From Moniliella sp. 'wahieum' (Eukaryota), in NCBI GenBank assembly GCA_003971905.1, contig RSEE01000036.1, positions 496,001 to 560,000 on the forward strand: 64,000 nt of DNA. Reading direction: 5' to 3'. The translations under genes were made by a program, and so were the position numbers. A model generated the notes under the pieces. It ran no database searches. It was given only the letters and a program-made list of their open reading frames with translations, and was not told the DNA's origin. This document shows, one piece after another, positions 1 through 12,857 of this stretch; position 1 is the stretch's first letter, and each line of letters opens with the position of its first letter.

Positions 1-439
1 GCGAGCAGGGGCGGAGATGTGCAGCGGGCGGAGAGCAGCAGCGCGAGGGACGGCACGCGCGGACGCGGCACGTGGAAACACTCGCCTCGCAGCAAGGCTG
101 GCCAGCATGGTGGGGATGGTGGAGCTAGCAACCACGCGGGTGGTGCCGGACACGGCTTGCTCTGAGATGCAACCGGCGGCCCAGCTAGTCAGCTGCGGTG
201 ACTGCGTGACTGCTTGCCGCCGCCAAGAAGAAATCGGCGGGGTCCGTTACGTCAGCAGCCACTCTCCGTCCCGTCATGGATCATCGATCATCACGCATCG
301 CGTCACGTGCGGGGTCTTGGGGGGCGCCAGTGAACATTTCACACCCTGGGCCTCCCTGTCCCCCAAGCGGTGCGGGCGCTGGCTGGGCTGCGGCTGGGCC
401 GCCCCTGTCGCGCCACCACCTCTCGCCACCAACCGCACC

Positions 440-1226
440 ATGCATCTCCCGCCCTCACCGCCACGCTCACCGTCCTGCTGGCCGCCAGCACGGCCGTCTT
501 TGCCCTCCCCTCCGCCCAGGACCAGGGACAGGACCAGCTCCGGATCGCTGTCCCCTCCCTCCAGCCAGAGCCGGAGCCAGACTTTGTCGATGTGCTTCAA
601 GCCGAGGCCGACAAGGCGGGCATCAGCATTGATTGGGGCCTGGACCATGTGGCGCAGAAGGCGAACGAGGCTGCGTTCAAGCTCAACAAGGCGTCCGTTC
701 TTGCGTCTGATTCTGGCTCCAGCTGGGTTTGGGCCTCGTGCGAGCTCGATGGCGATGCGTTGCGCGTGGACCGGGTGGACGTATTCCCCAACCCCCCTAA
801 GCCCGGTCAGTCGCTAACTGTCAAGGGCGCCGGCCTGGTGCGGTCCTTGGTAGACGTATGTGTATCTTCTTTCCTCTTCTCTTCTCTTCTCTTCCCTGCC
901 TGGGTGGTTTGCACTCCTACGAAACTTACCTGGACCTTCTGTCTCACGAAACAAACACACGCTAGGAAGGGACGTATGTCGATGTGGTCGTCAAGCTGGG
1001 CCTTATCAAGTTGCTGAGCAAACGGTTTGACCTCTGCCAGCTGGCTCGAGAAAACAATGCCGAGCTCCAGTGCCCACTTCAGCCCGGATTCTATGAGATT
1101 GAGCACACGGTTCAGCTTCCCCGCGAAATTCCGCCGGCCAAGTTCAACGTCCACGTTGGTGGTACGTCCCAGGCCGAGCAGGACCTGGTCTGCCTCGACT
1201 TGAGCATTGACTTCCTTCGTCGCTAA
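440..1226 (+). CDS. NPC2: ML-domain phosphatidylglycerol/phosphatidylinositol (sterol) transfer protein, NPC2-like, secreted
   Basis: Signal peptide (MHLPALTATLTVLLAASTAVFA after a 1-nt indel correction); ML motifs WASC..., VFPNPPKPGQSLTVKGAG, EGTYVDVVVKLGLIKLL, CP, LPREIPPAKF. Intron 856-965 (GTATGT...CTAG). Confidence 0.9.
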
Positions 1227-1459
1227 GATACCCGTTATCCTCGTGACGTATGGCAAGCACATCCCTTCCTTTTCTCCAATGTTCATGCACCCCAGTTGTC
1301 TCTCACCTGGTCCTGTCCTCTCTACTCGTTTGTGGCTCTCTTTGGCTCTACATTCTGTTCCCCCGGGGAATGCACAGTGTAAATATGCGCGTTCAGTTGG
1401 ATTCCATAGGGATAATGACAATGACTACCTTCTCCACCCTGCGCAGTACCATATCGGTC

Positions 1460-3344
1460 GTTAGCAAAGCGCCGCTCCAACGCCAACCGGGGTAACGTAC
1501 CTGAACCATATCCGTTTCGACTTTGGTACCCATTCGTCCCGTACCGCCCCGAGCCCGAAGGCGCCGACCCATACGCATTGCTCGGGCGGCCATCATACCT
1601 CGGACCTCGAGGCGCACGGGGCCCTCCCGCTCGGCCGATTCCCCTTCTGCCCCAATCACCCTGGTCGTAGCCACGGCCATCCCGCCACCCGTCCCGGCCA
1701 TCTCGTCCGTCCCGGGGCCAGGGGGGCCGGTCCCGTGGTCCAGCCACTCCCGGGGGAGCGTGCGCGCGACAAGGAGTGGTCGCCCCGGCCCGGGTCATGC
1801 GCTGGACCAGGCGGTGCCTCGCCAAAGGCTCTTCCAGAAGGAGGGGGGCGAGGGCTTCGCATGCTGGCACGGGGAGGACGAAGGGAATCCGTCCCGGGTG
1901 AACGGCGTTCAGGAATTGGGGAGCGCCTTCGCTCGAGTACCATGTCGGTCCCAGACGGACCAGCAGGCGGGTGCTGAACGGCATCGGATGGGAGAGTAGG
2001 AGAGACGAGGGTGGGAACAGGCCTGGTCGAATTGGCACCGCCGGTAGGCAGCTCCGCCGCGGTGGGATCGCCATAGTTGAGTGACAAGTTGGGGCTTACC
2101 AAGGCATGTGCACGTCCCCGATCCAAACGAGGACGCTTCTCCCCCTCTGAATCCTCCTCATGCGCCCGCTTGAGGGGTGAATGGTTGGTCAAGGGAGGTG
2201 GAGCAACCGGGGGAGGCGGATGCAGGGCGGCCATCCTTTGCTGAGCATGAGCTTCTTGGGCCGCTTTCATCTGAGCTTGCCGGTCAAGCAGTTTGCGGTA
2301 GAGCTCAGGCAGTTTGTTCTTAAAGTCGGCAGGGACCTTGACCAGACTGGTTGCATCGACATGGTACAAATCACGAATTCCTTGTAACGACTCTTCCACT
2401 TCCTCCCGTGAAGCAGCAAACGTATTGCGCCAGTCATCTTCGCTCCCATCTTTGTCTTCAGACGAGGGGAACGGTGAGCGTTTCAGCAACCGGCAGGCAT
2501 GGAGGTACATGCCCGCTGCAAGGCTGCCAGGGCTGAAGATGATAAGAATGGGGTCGTGGAGACTAGGGCCGAAGGTAAGTCACGATGTAGACAGGGCAGA
2601 AAAAAACAAAAAGAGAGTGCACTCACACATCCATCAGACCCCACCATACAGCGTCAAAGAGAACCGGATCCATGTTGACCTTGCGGGCGGCAGCAACAAG
2701 GTAGGTGTGCGGGTGACGATGGATAAACTCGAACGCGGTCGACTCGGCGACACGCATTTCAGTATGGAGAATCTTGCGCCGCCATCGGACCGCGATCGTA
2801 GTTTTCTCGTCCATGCGTTCGCCAGGACGAAGATCGTGCTCGTCAATGATCATGCGCCAGGAATGGGTTTCGTATGGCCCCTGACCACGAACGAGGAGAC
2901 GACCAAACTTGCGGGCAAATTCGCGGTGGTCAAACGCCTCCTTTCCCTCCTCCGTCTTGTCAAGGGAGGCCATGATGGCTTCGACGACGGAAGCCAGCTT
3001 GCGCGGGACCTCCTCCGTCTTGCACGCCAAGAAAACGCAAGTGGCAGCGACTTCGGGCCCAGGAAAGCGTTCGCCCTGGACAGGTGCCCGCGTGGGAAGA
3101 GAGAAGCGCATGTAGAACCGGTGGAGATAGATGGCGGCGGCCGAGCAACGTTGATGGGAAGCCGCAGGTAGTCGCATACCTTGAGGATGAGCGTCACCGC
3201 CGTCGCTCGCTCGCGGCGCTCAGAGGCGATCGAGTGGCCCGAGTGGCGGACAGACGGAGTGTCGGCCAAGTCCGACAGGAGATACACGCCCTGGCTGTCC
3301 AAGAGGACATCCATTGTGCCGTCGGGCGGGACACTCTGGGCCAT
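1460..3344 (-). CDS. Transcriptional cyclin (cyclin T/K/L-type) with Arg/Gly/Pro-rich C-terminal tail
   Basis: Cyclin box motifs AAIYLHRFYMRFS, VAATCVFLACKTEEVPRKL and FEFIHRHPH. Probable intron near 2560-2625. Several frameshifts; 3' end approximate. Confidence 0.8.
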
Positions 3345-4780
3345 AAGAAGCACGGAGGAGGAGATGCGGAGAGCAGATGAGATGGGGGTGGGGCAGGATG
3401 GAGGTGGAGGTGGCGGTGGTGAGGGAGGCGGGGGCAATGGCCCTCTCGGCCTTGCCAACTCTAATCCAGGCAGCGGAACCAGGTGCGGAATCGCGGAAGC
3501 GGCTAGAGTTATGCAACATTGCAATTCGCCAGCGTGTGTTCAAATTTACGGCGGATCAGTATCTAGTGACACGCTCAATTTACCCTTAGCCTGTCCCGCC
3601 ACCGGGACAATCTTACGCCGCCAGGTAGCCAGAAGTGGAGCAGCATGCTGCATGATATTGTACCCGATCCTTAGGCTTGCTACTAGTTTTTCCGCGGATA
3701 TCCCGCCGCGAACGCATTCGCGACCCCATTGCGGATCTTGTAGCTCGTGCATCATGTACACAGAGCTTAATAAGGCTGGGAACGGAAACGCGGTCCATTA
3801 TCACCAGGCTTTCGGACATCCGGCGTGTGCTGATGATAGGTTCAACGTTCAGCCAACCCAGTTGGAGACCAGACATTTACAGTGCCTTTTCCCTTCTGTG
3901 AGCTGTTTTCTCTTACCCCAAAAGCTGAGCTGTTGTCGGCGGTGACACATCTGGTTCATCGTTTTGCAGAGAGCATAACGATGCTTTGTTGTGCCCCTTT
4001 TGGTATACTCCTCAGGCCTCACAGGCCTCACACCATAATAGTTGCCACACTCTGAACTCAGCGTTTTAACTCTTGGCGCTCGCAGTTTCACCGCGCTCTG
4101 CCCCACACTCAGCAGCGCACTCAGTCCACACTGCATGGGCCACTGCTTGGTATGAACGTTGAACACAGAGGGCGCCATGCTATTACGCCCCCGCCCAACC
4201 CCGCTATAATGAGGCTTTGAGAGTATACCCTTGAGATATATTACGCCTGATTTGGGCCTAACGGCTATAATATGCGGGGCCTAATGCACAAGTGCATGAA
4301 ACACAGTCGGGATCTTTTTACATCCGATCTCAGATCTCACCCACCCAGCTGTGAGACATTTCTGTCCCCCGTGGATCCGCCGGTCGTCGGGCTTCCTTGC
4401 CCACAACGCATTATAGAATTATAGATGTCCACAGGCCTTCACATCCGTGGTGGCTAACGGGCTTTTCGGTCACCCCGCCGCGGTCATGCACGGGTATTTC
4501 CCGTCCGTTGTTGAGTACGTTTTGATCGATCATTAATTGATCCCGGCGCGGTAATACACCTAGGGCCGATCGGTGGGTGTGTCGATCAATGTGTGCCGCG
4601 GTGCTCCGAGGGTCAACGGCCAAAAAGAGGGAGAGAGGCCTCACCGGGTGTGCATGTTATATACTTTTTTGTTGTGCGGTACCATGAATAGTATCTGACA
4701 TGCAGCAGACACAAGCGCCCCACGTCATCTAAAGTAGGCTACAGAGCCAATACACACTGTCATCCACAACCGCACAAGCC

Positions 4781-4790
4781 GTATAAAAGA
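4781..4790 (+). promoter_or_regulatory. TATA box of the cerato-platanin gene
   Basis: GTATAAAAGA ~160 bp upstream of ATG 4940, followed by a CT-rich leader. Confidence 0.6.
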
Positions 4791-4939
4791 ACCGTCGTTG
4801 TTGAGTTGCCCCTCACTATTCATCCCAACCAATTACCCCTATCCGCCTCTTGCTTTCAAGTCCCAACAAACACTCTCCCAGTTTCTCATCTTCCTCTCGC
4901 CCTCTTCCCTGGACACCGTTTCCTCAAACACACAGCACG

Positions 4940-5404
4940 ATGCAGTTCTCTCTTTCCCCCTCATCCCTCCTCCTTGCTGGCGCCCTGGCGACGGCAGTTC
5001 CGGCGGTGTTGGCCTTGCCCCAACAGTTGGTTCGCGCCGACAGCGCCTCGCTTGGCTTCGACACTACCTATGACGACTCCAAAGGAGAACTCACCACTGT
5101 TTCCTGCTCGGACGGGAAAAACGGCCTGATCACCAAGGGATACACCACCTTTGGCGACCTTCCCAGCTTCCCCAACGTGGGTGGGGCGCCGACAATCGCG
5201 GGTTGGGACAGTCCCTCTTGTGGATCGTGCTGGGAACTTGCGTACAATGGAACGAGCATCTACTTTACCGGCATTGATGCCGGAAAGGGCAGCTTTGTCT
5301 CCTCTGAGACCGCCATGAACACCCTCACCAACAACAACGCCGTGCAGTTTGGCTGGGTGGATGTGACAGCGACCCAGGTTGCTGCGTCGAACTGCGGCCT
5401 CTGA
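4940..5404 (+). CDS. Cerato-platanin (SnodProt1/Epl1-like) secreted elicitor protein
   Basis: Intronless 154 aa with signal peptide; FDTTYDD, VSCSDGKNGL, FPNVGG, IAGWDSPSCGSCWEL, AMNTLT, C-terminal SNCGL; 4 conserved Cys. Confidence 0.95.
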   Translation: MQFSLSPSSLLLAGALATAVPAVLALPQQLVRADSASLGFDTTYDDSKGELTTVSCSDGKNGLITKGYTTFGDLPSFPNVGGAPTIAGWDSPSCGSCWELAYNGTSIYFTGIDAGKGSFVSSETAMNTLTNNNAVQFGWVDVTATQVAASNCGL

Positions 5405-6302
5405 TCAGCATAACAGCTCCTTGCACAAGGAACCACGTATGCGGCGCAACGCGTAGCGGTCTTCCAGGTTGCGCCGCATCAAGCTTCAAGCGATTCCACA
5501 TTCTTCTTTGGTTTCCTGTCATTCTCGACATTCCCATTCTTCTCCCTAGGGAGCGTACGACTCACTTTCACGGCACTTGCACACACAGACACTGGCGATT
5601 GATGATGTGACCATACGCCACATGAAACGGATTGCTTTTTGGTTGACTGCCTTGGTGATGCAGGACAGAGGAAAGGAGATATACCAGCTGCGAGAGGACT
5701 GTGAGGTTACAGCTAGTTTTAAGATGCGGGGACATCGGGTCCACTTTGTCGACGTTCAAGATGTGCTTTGCGGGGGATAGCATGTGTCCACTTATTACAG
5801 AAGGGACCCCACGATACAGTACTACCTGCGGCCTGACTCCTGACCACATCCGTCATTGGTTCTAGAACGGTAATACAAACGCCGAGGGGAAACCCATATA
5901 TCATCCACATCCAGTAGAGCCCAAAATTCAACGCTTAACGGTCATGCATCATGCTCCGCGGACTCGTACACTTGGTGAAGGTCGTGTTTGAGGGTGGGCG
6001 GAGGGGGAAGGCTGGCATACGACGAGCAAAAAGGCTGAGCTTACTCCTCAAAACGGAGGTTAACCAGCTCGAGCTTACAGCCATCAAGGACATCCGAGTG
6101 ACTAAGACTCTTGAGGAATGGATGCAGCTCCTTGGGTGGAGTTGATCATGGGTTGGCGTCTGGCCACAGGCCCCAAAGAGTGGGGTTACTAGTGTACAGG
6201 GGATGGGAGAGGGGAGAGGAGAGGCTGGATGGACGGATGCACGAATTGACGAGTACAAGTACAAGCGAGGCGAAGCGAGGCAAGGCCAGGAGACGGGGGG
6301 AG

Positions 6303-6851
6303 CTAGCTTATTCCAAAGACAAGCTCATCATCAAACAGCTCGATGAACTGGACTCCCGGTTGGGTCAGCATTGCTGTTGGCAGCTAGCAGAGGTCGGCAC
6401 GCACGCCGGACGGGACAGAGACACACCTGTTCGTTCATGACGCGGACTTTGGGGCCGGCATAGCGGCGGTACTCCTCCAGGATGGCGGACAGGTTCCACC
6501 GCTGGAGCTTGCGCAGACAGCCAATGACGGTGCCCGTGCGATGGCGGCCGAGGTTGTCCATGACGAGCACGGGGTAGGAGGTGGGGTCGACGAGGAGCGT
6601 GAGCGCCTGCAGCACCATCTCCTCCGTCACGGGGTCCCAGGCATTGGTGTGGTAGAGCACGCCGAGGTGGTGGAGGGTGATGTGGTGGGGGTGCAGAAGT
6701 CGAGGAAGGCGGGGTCGGGCTGGTCGGGGGCGAGGCAGATGACGCTGGTGAGCATGAGCTTGTCGAGGAAGGGGAAGCTGAGCGGCTCGGGGTGGCCGCT
6801 GCGGTACAGGTTCTCCTCGACCATGCCGAAGTTGGGAGGGGGCACGAGCAT
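6303..6851 (-). CDS. OCA/Siw14-family tyrosine phosphatase-like protein, probably catalytically inactive (Oca2-like)
   Basis: MLVPPPNFGMVEENLYRSG...MDNLGRHRTGTVIGCLRKLQRWNLSAILEEYRRYAGPKVRVMNEQ|FIELFD. Intron 6348-6426; one frameshift near 6690. Confidence 0.88.
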
Positions 6852-7150
6852 GGCGGCGCACCGGCTGTGCCGCAGCGAGGCGAGGGGCGTCTGGTTGGAT
6901 GCGGCGGATGGGTGGATGCGGCGTGCGGCTGGATGCGGCGGGCAGAGGGAGGGTTACGTAAGAACACGTGCCGGCGTGGACCATGTGCTCTGCGCCGGGG
7001 AGCGCGCGGGCGGCGGAGGCGGCAGCGCAGCGGCTGACCTCAGCGAGGTGGGGCAGCCGGCGCGGGCGATGGCGGGGCCGCCGCTGCTGCTGGCGATGCG
7101 CCGCTCCTCCGTCGTGCTCCGCCTGCCCTCGGAGTGTGCGCGCCGTCGCG

Positions 7151-9373
7151 ATGAGTGCTGCCCAGCTGATTACGCAGGTCGTGCCCGGCCAGGTGGTGGG
7201 CGCTGCGCCGAGCCCACGCCCGCCGCGTCTCCCCGCCGCCGCCGCCGCCGATGCGGATGCGGATGCGCGCACGACGGTGCGCTGCAGGCGGCGGAGCAGA
7301 TGGCGCGCGTGCATCTGCGCAGCCAGCAGCGCCATGCGCGCCTTGCCCTCCGCCTCCCGTCCCAGCCCATCTGCCGCCGCTGTCCCTGCCGCCGCCGCCG
7401 GCGTCCGTGCCCGCCACCGCGCCCGCCCCGCCGCCCCCTCCCCCTCCCCCTCCGCATCCACCCACGCCCCCCCCGCCCCGCCACGGAGCCCCCCCCCTCG
7501 ACAGCGTCCGTCGCGGCGCCGGAGCTGCCATCGGCCTCGGCGCTGCCCCCCCAGTGCCACAAACAGGCGAGAGCCGCTCGTGGCACGAGCGCACCACCCT
7601 GCCTTCCGTCCCCAACAGCTCGCCCAGAGTCAGCCGCTCCGCGAGCCCGCCCGTGCCCCCAAGGGCAACAAGCCCCCCCTCCTCCAGCGTCTCGTCGATG
7701 CCTTGACCTGCGCCTCCAGCCGCAGCACAGCCACCATGGCCCACGCCGACGACCACCCCCCTCTGCCTCCCCCACCCTCAGCCTCACCCTCACTCCAGCC
7801 CCCCGCCATGCCGATACCGAGGCCAAGGCCGAGATGGCGAGTGTGTCCACTGTCGGCGTCCCTGCAACGATCGCCTCGACTGTCGGCAAGGGCACCAAGC
7901 GCGACGTTACCACCCCCTCCCCGGAGGCTGCCTCCACCAGATCCCCAGCCCCAGCTCCAGCGCCACCTACCCTGCCCGTCGCATCTCCCCTGCGCTTCCC
8001 GAGATCGCTACCAAGCCACCCAGTCTGGAGGCCACGTCGAGCCACCAGGAGGAAACTTCTGCGGACTACCGCACAACCCCTAGCGCCAATGCCAGTTCCA
8101 GCCCCTGCCCACGTCCGGCGCCTATCGACACCACGATTGCCCAAGCAGGCCGCACCGTTCCTCTTCGTCCTACCCCCGGCCCAACCCGGACTGGGACACC
8201 TGTGCCGCCGACGCCGAGCACGGGTCAAGTCTCGACCCCGCCCACGCCCTCGGGTCTGCACCTTCCTCCCGGCTCGCGTCCCCGGCCCTCTACCGACTCG
8301 CGGCGGACCCAGGCCACACGCAACAGCGGCCTTTATACCATGTTGGGCGGCACGATTTTGCCGCGGGAAGAGACGGAGGATGTGTTGTCGGGGGCGGTGG
8401 TGCCGCCCGGCGCGACGTTTAGTCCCCCCACCAATCCTCCCACCCCGACGCTGGAGCGGCACTCGCAAAGCTTCCCGCGTGTATCCCAGTCCTCCGATCG
8501 GATCTTGTTGGACCAAGTGGAGCGCAGCAAGAGCCACAGGATCTGCAGCAGGAGGAATTGGTCCCGATGTCCCGGCCGGCGAGCAATTCGGCGGCCCTAG
8601 CGATACCGAGGAGGAGGGAGAAGAGAGGTGGTACAAGGGTACGAACTAAGCCAGGCCGAGCTGGACCAGCAATGGATGCAATGGGAGATGGAGGAGGAAC
8701 AGCGCCTCATCTCCCAAGGCGGAGCCGGAATCCCACATGACGACGCGGGCAACCCTCGGCCACTCTTGCCCAAATTGGTAGGACAGAAAAAATGCCTGGT
8801 GCTGGACTTGGACGAGACGTTGGTCCACTCTTCCTTTCGGTACATCCCCAATGCCGACTTTATTGTGCCAGTGGAGATTGAGGAGGTGGTGCATGAGGTG
8901 TATGTGGCCAAGCGGCCGGGGGTGGACGAATTTATGCGTCGGATGGGCGAGGTGTTTGAGATTGTGGTCTTTACTGCTTCGCTGAGCAAGGTACGCCCTT
9001 CCCCCGCCATGTTTTTTATGCCTTGCTGCCGTGAGCGAGAAGAGAAACTAACTAACTGTTGCTGCAGTACGCCGACCCTGTCCTGGACTTGCTCGACATT
9101 CATAACGTTGTCACCCACCGTCTGTTCCGGGAACACTGTTACCAGCACCGTGGAACGTACGTCAAAGATCTGTCCCAGCTCGGCCGGCCCCTAGCAGACT
9201 GCATCCTGCTGGACAACTCGCCTGCCAGCTACATTTTCCACCCCACCAATGCGGTCCCCGTCTCCTCCTGGTTTACCGACCCGCACGACACGGAGTTGTT
9301 GGACATGTGCCCATTCCTACTGGATTTGGCCAACGTTATTGACGTGCGAGCCGTGCTGGACGCAGCGCTGTAA
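7151..9373 (+). CDS. PSR1: CTD small phosphatase (FCP1/SCP/NIF HAD family), Psr1-like
   Basis: [66 protein letters not shown]. Intron 8991-9068. Long low-complexity, frameshifted N-terminus; start approximate. Confidence 0.88.
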
Positions 9374-9890
9374 TTCTCTCCTCCTCCTCTTCCTCCTCCC
9401 CTGATCCCTCTGCCCACCGCCAAGGCGGACTACATTTCATTGGCATAACATGCCCGGCGCTCTGTTATTCCTCTTCTACACGATAAAAATGCTGTGCTCC
9501 TTCGGTTGCCAGCGTTGGCCTCCACGCTCCTTCCACCGTCCACGATCTCCTTCCTCCCCCCACCCCCTCTTGGCTGTCGTGATACCCCCGCGTCCTGTCG
9601 GACCTCCTTTTCTTTCTTTCTTTTCTCTCTCTCCCTTTGACTCCCGCCCTTGCTCTGCTCCGGTCCCTGCACGCTCCCCGTCCCCGTGCTCGTCGCCCTC
9701 TCCGCAGCCAGCCCCGCACGCCCCGGCACGCCCTGGCATTCCTACTACTCTTGTCGCTCATGACCCTGCCTCTTGCCTTGCCAATTTACTTTCTGCTTGC
9801 TACACGAAGACAACAGCTGCATATAGTTTCCTGGTAGGCCGTTCTAAGCACGTCTTACCCTGCGTGTGGGACGGGAAGGTAACAGGGATC

Positions 9891-11010
9891 CTACGGCTGC
9901 TGTGCTGGCGCCAGCTCGGAGGGAAGTTGCATGGGCTGCTGGACCAGATCAAAGACAAAGTTGGAGCCTAGGTTGTTGTCCCAGTACTCAGCGGTAGGTA
10001 ACGTGTAGTGAATGGCGAGTTGGATGCGTTTGTGTTGGCCAGGCTGCCACGCCACCACCAGCTGGTCCAGGCGGAGGGTAAAGTGAAACCGGTCCCACCT
10101 AGGCCTGCGTCGGAGGAAGCAGGACAGACAGTGGGCAAGGTCGCGATCGCGCTTGTCTCGCTCGCTGGCCAGAGCAGTGGTGGACCACCCGGCCGAATCG
10201 ACATGATCCACTCTCCTGCCACTTCGTTGGTGCTGAGCCATTGGTCAAACGTGTAGCGCACAGCTACGCGCTTGGTATACGCCAAATTGGCCACGCGCAC
10301 GTACCCTTCCACATGCCGTGCGTCGCGGTCAAGCGCACACCTTCCAGTAACACGGGCCCCTCTCGCCTGCTCACCTCGCCCACCAAGAACAGAGCCAACG
10401 TAAACGGCGCCACGCGACTGCGGCGCAACAGCGCCCTAACCTCGCTGGGATCGTGATGAGTTCTCGTGCGCCAGCTGGCTTCGCACGGTGGCCCACCCGT
10501 TCCGTCGGCCACAACTGCGACAACTTAACCCCATCCGCAACGCTTCTAGCTCCGACGACACTTCATCCTCCGTTTCGGTTTCTGTGTCTGTACCTGCCTG
10601 TGCCTGTGCTCGAACCGGTAAGTCGGTTGACGCTGGTGGGACGTCCGTGCCGTTGAAAACACGAATGTCGGTCAAGTGCGAGCCGTCAAAGTGGACGGAT
10701 TTGGTGGGGGATCCACAATGTTCCACCAGGGGCGATAGAGGAGTCATGGCACTGCGGAGTACCGGAAGGCTCTCGGCCCTGGCCCGGGTAGGATGAGCAT
10801 GGTGCGTGGGCGGATCGGTGGCGTGGGGGGGCAGGCGCAAGGAAAGGCAGGGCGAGGGGGCATGTCCTGGTCCGAGGAGGCCGGGGTGGCGAGGAGGAGG
10901 TGGAAAGAGGTGGGGTAGGCGGACTGGTGGGGCTCACGGGGCTGGGCGGGGAAGGGCAAGAGTGGCGTGTGTTGGAGGGGCGTTAGGATGGAGCAGCCAG
11001 CTGATGACAT
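9891..11010 (-). CDS. CBM21-domain protein phosphatase 1 glycogen-targeting regulatory subunit
   Basis: RVxF-type KSVHF motif; CBM21 motifs EGYVRVANLAYTKRVAVRYTFDQW and LAIHY...EYWDNNLGSNF. Frameshifted; start approximate. Confidence 0.8.
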
Positions 11011-12857
11011 GTGGACGTGGCTTGGGTTTCCAAGGGAGGTGGTGGGGGAGAAAGGAGAGGTGGTGGGTGGAGGAGGAGGATGATGCAAAAGAAGGGAAGA
11101 ACGGGATAGCCCGCGCGGAAGCTGAAGGCAACGCTTGAACTACCCGAAAAAGGTTGAACGTTGACGATGGCACTTGGCAGGATCGTCCGAGCGCACAAGC
11201 TGCTCCTGGTGTGTCGCTTAGTAGGGTGGCGGCCGGTACAGGCTATAACGCGTTACGGGGGTTACGCGCTACGGGAGAGATGTGACCCTCAGCCAGCGTT
11301 AAAGCTCAACTTGGGCTGTCCAATGCGCGGGCGACCGATGAATACGATGCTATTGGACCTTGGATACTATAAACTGTTGACTGTGATCCTCCGGCTCCCA
11401 GTCGGGGCTCACTAGGCCAACATAAACCTTTTAGATCTTAGTAGCCCGTACCGTTCCATGGGGTTCAACTGAACGTTTACGCGCAGCGTTCAAAATGTTC
11501 TGGGCCCAAGCTGAGTACCGAGTTACTCAAAAGGAGACCTACTGAGTCTGAGCTCAGTGCTGGCTGAGGCGAGTGGCGCGGCGGGGTTGGAGACGATGAA
11601 ATTGCAGGGGAGCTGTAGGAAGCTGTGAAAGTGTGGGCGGGTCGGGTCAGCCATACCATGCAGACCAGCCAATACGATAGGCCTCCTACGTCCATCACGC
11701 GGCGACAGGGATCACCCTGAAGCTTATTGAGCCCTACCTGGCGTCGGGGGTAGCGACGTGCAGACATCGGGTGTCTTAGTCTTGGTCCTGGTCTGGCCAA
11801 GGTCATTATCATTAGTCTCACAGGCACTACAGTCAAGTCACGGGTCACGCGTCTTTACGAGGCAACGACAAACCAATAAACTGGTAACCTGTAGCCCTCC
11901 GGCTCCAGGCCGGCCTGTCAGGACAACAGGGATCCCCATTACCGTCAGCGCATCGGCCTGGGATTGTCTGGGCCGGCAAACCGGCAAAACAGAAAGGCCA
12001 TGTAGCAAAAGTGGCCAGAGAGGGGGGCAGCCGCAGGTGGCTGCGACCGGCCGGTCAGTATACATGACCCGTGTGACCCCGTGGGAAGGTGGGGAAAATT
12101 TACGGCCAATTTATACAAGCAAAAAAGTGCATCTGACCATCTTCAGCGAGAGACCTTTGGAAAGAGAGTTGTTGGGGTCCAAACGCCGTGGGATAGCTGC
12201 TTGCGGGGGGCAGAGGTCGGAGTGCCTAGCGCCGGATCTATGGCCAATTCCGTGAGAGTGGAAGACGATATGTTTTCGATCGTGAAAACCGCTAAAATGC
12301 GGTTTGGTTGGTGAGCATGAACAACACGAACCGTGAGGACCGAGTATACTGCGTGCATGGGCGGCCGGCATGAGCCACACGAGGAAGCAGAAGACGGAGA
12401 GTGTTGGGGACAGAACAACTGATATCGCGTTGCGCTGCTCTTCTTTGTGTGGGTCTGCCTTGGCTGCCTTGCATGGGGTGGCCTGTGCGGCGTTCGCCCC
12501 AATCCGATTGCCACAGCGCACCATCCAGCCCGCCCCCCTCCGCGCCACCCCGCGGACCAGCCGCGCATCCCATCATGTGACCGCTCACGCTATGCTGCTG
12601 AGGTAATCGATCATCCCAGCCTCCATCCCTGGGAAGGAGAGATGGGCGTCGCCGGGTCATCGGGCGTGCTGACGTCACCGGATATCATGCGTCACCCGTC
12701 ATGCACCACGGCGCGTTGTCGGGGAGGTTAATGGTGTTGATGGGCTGGAGCACCTTGAGGAGCTCGCAGCGCACGCACAGCCCCCTGCCCATTAACCACC
12801 ACCGCCACGCCCTGCGCCCCCACCGCCACGCCCTGCGCCCCCACCGCCACCGCCACC

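Noticed and set aside
6331..8649. Very long overlapping ORFs (702, 488 and 409 aa) on both strands
   Set aside because: Stop-poor GC-rich shadow frames over the OCA and PSR1 genes; no independent domains.
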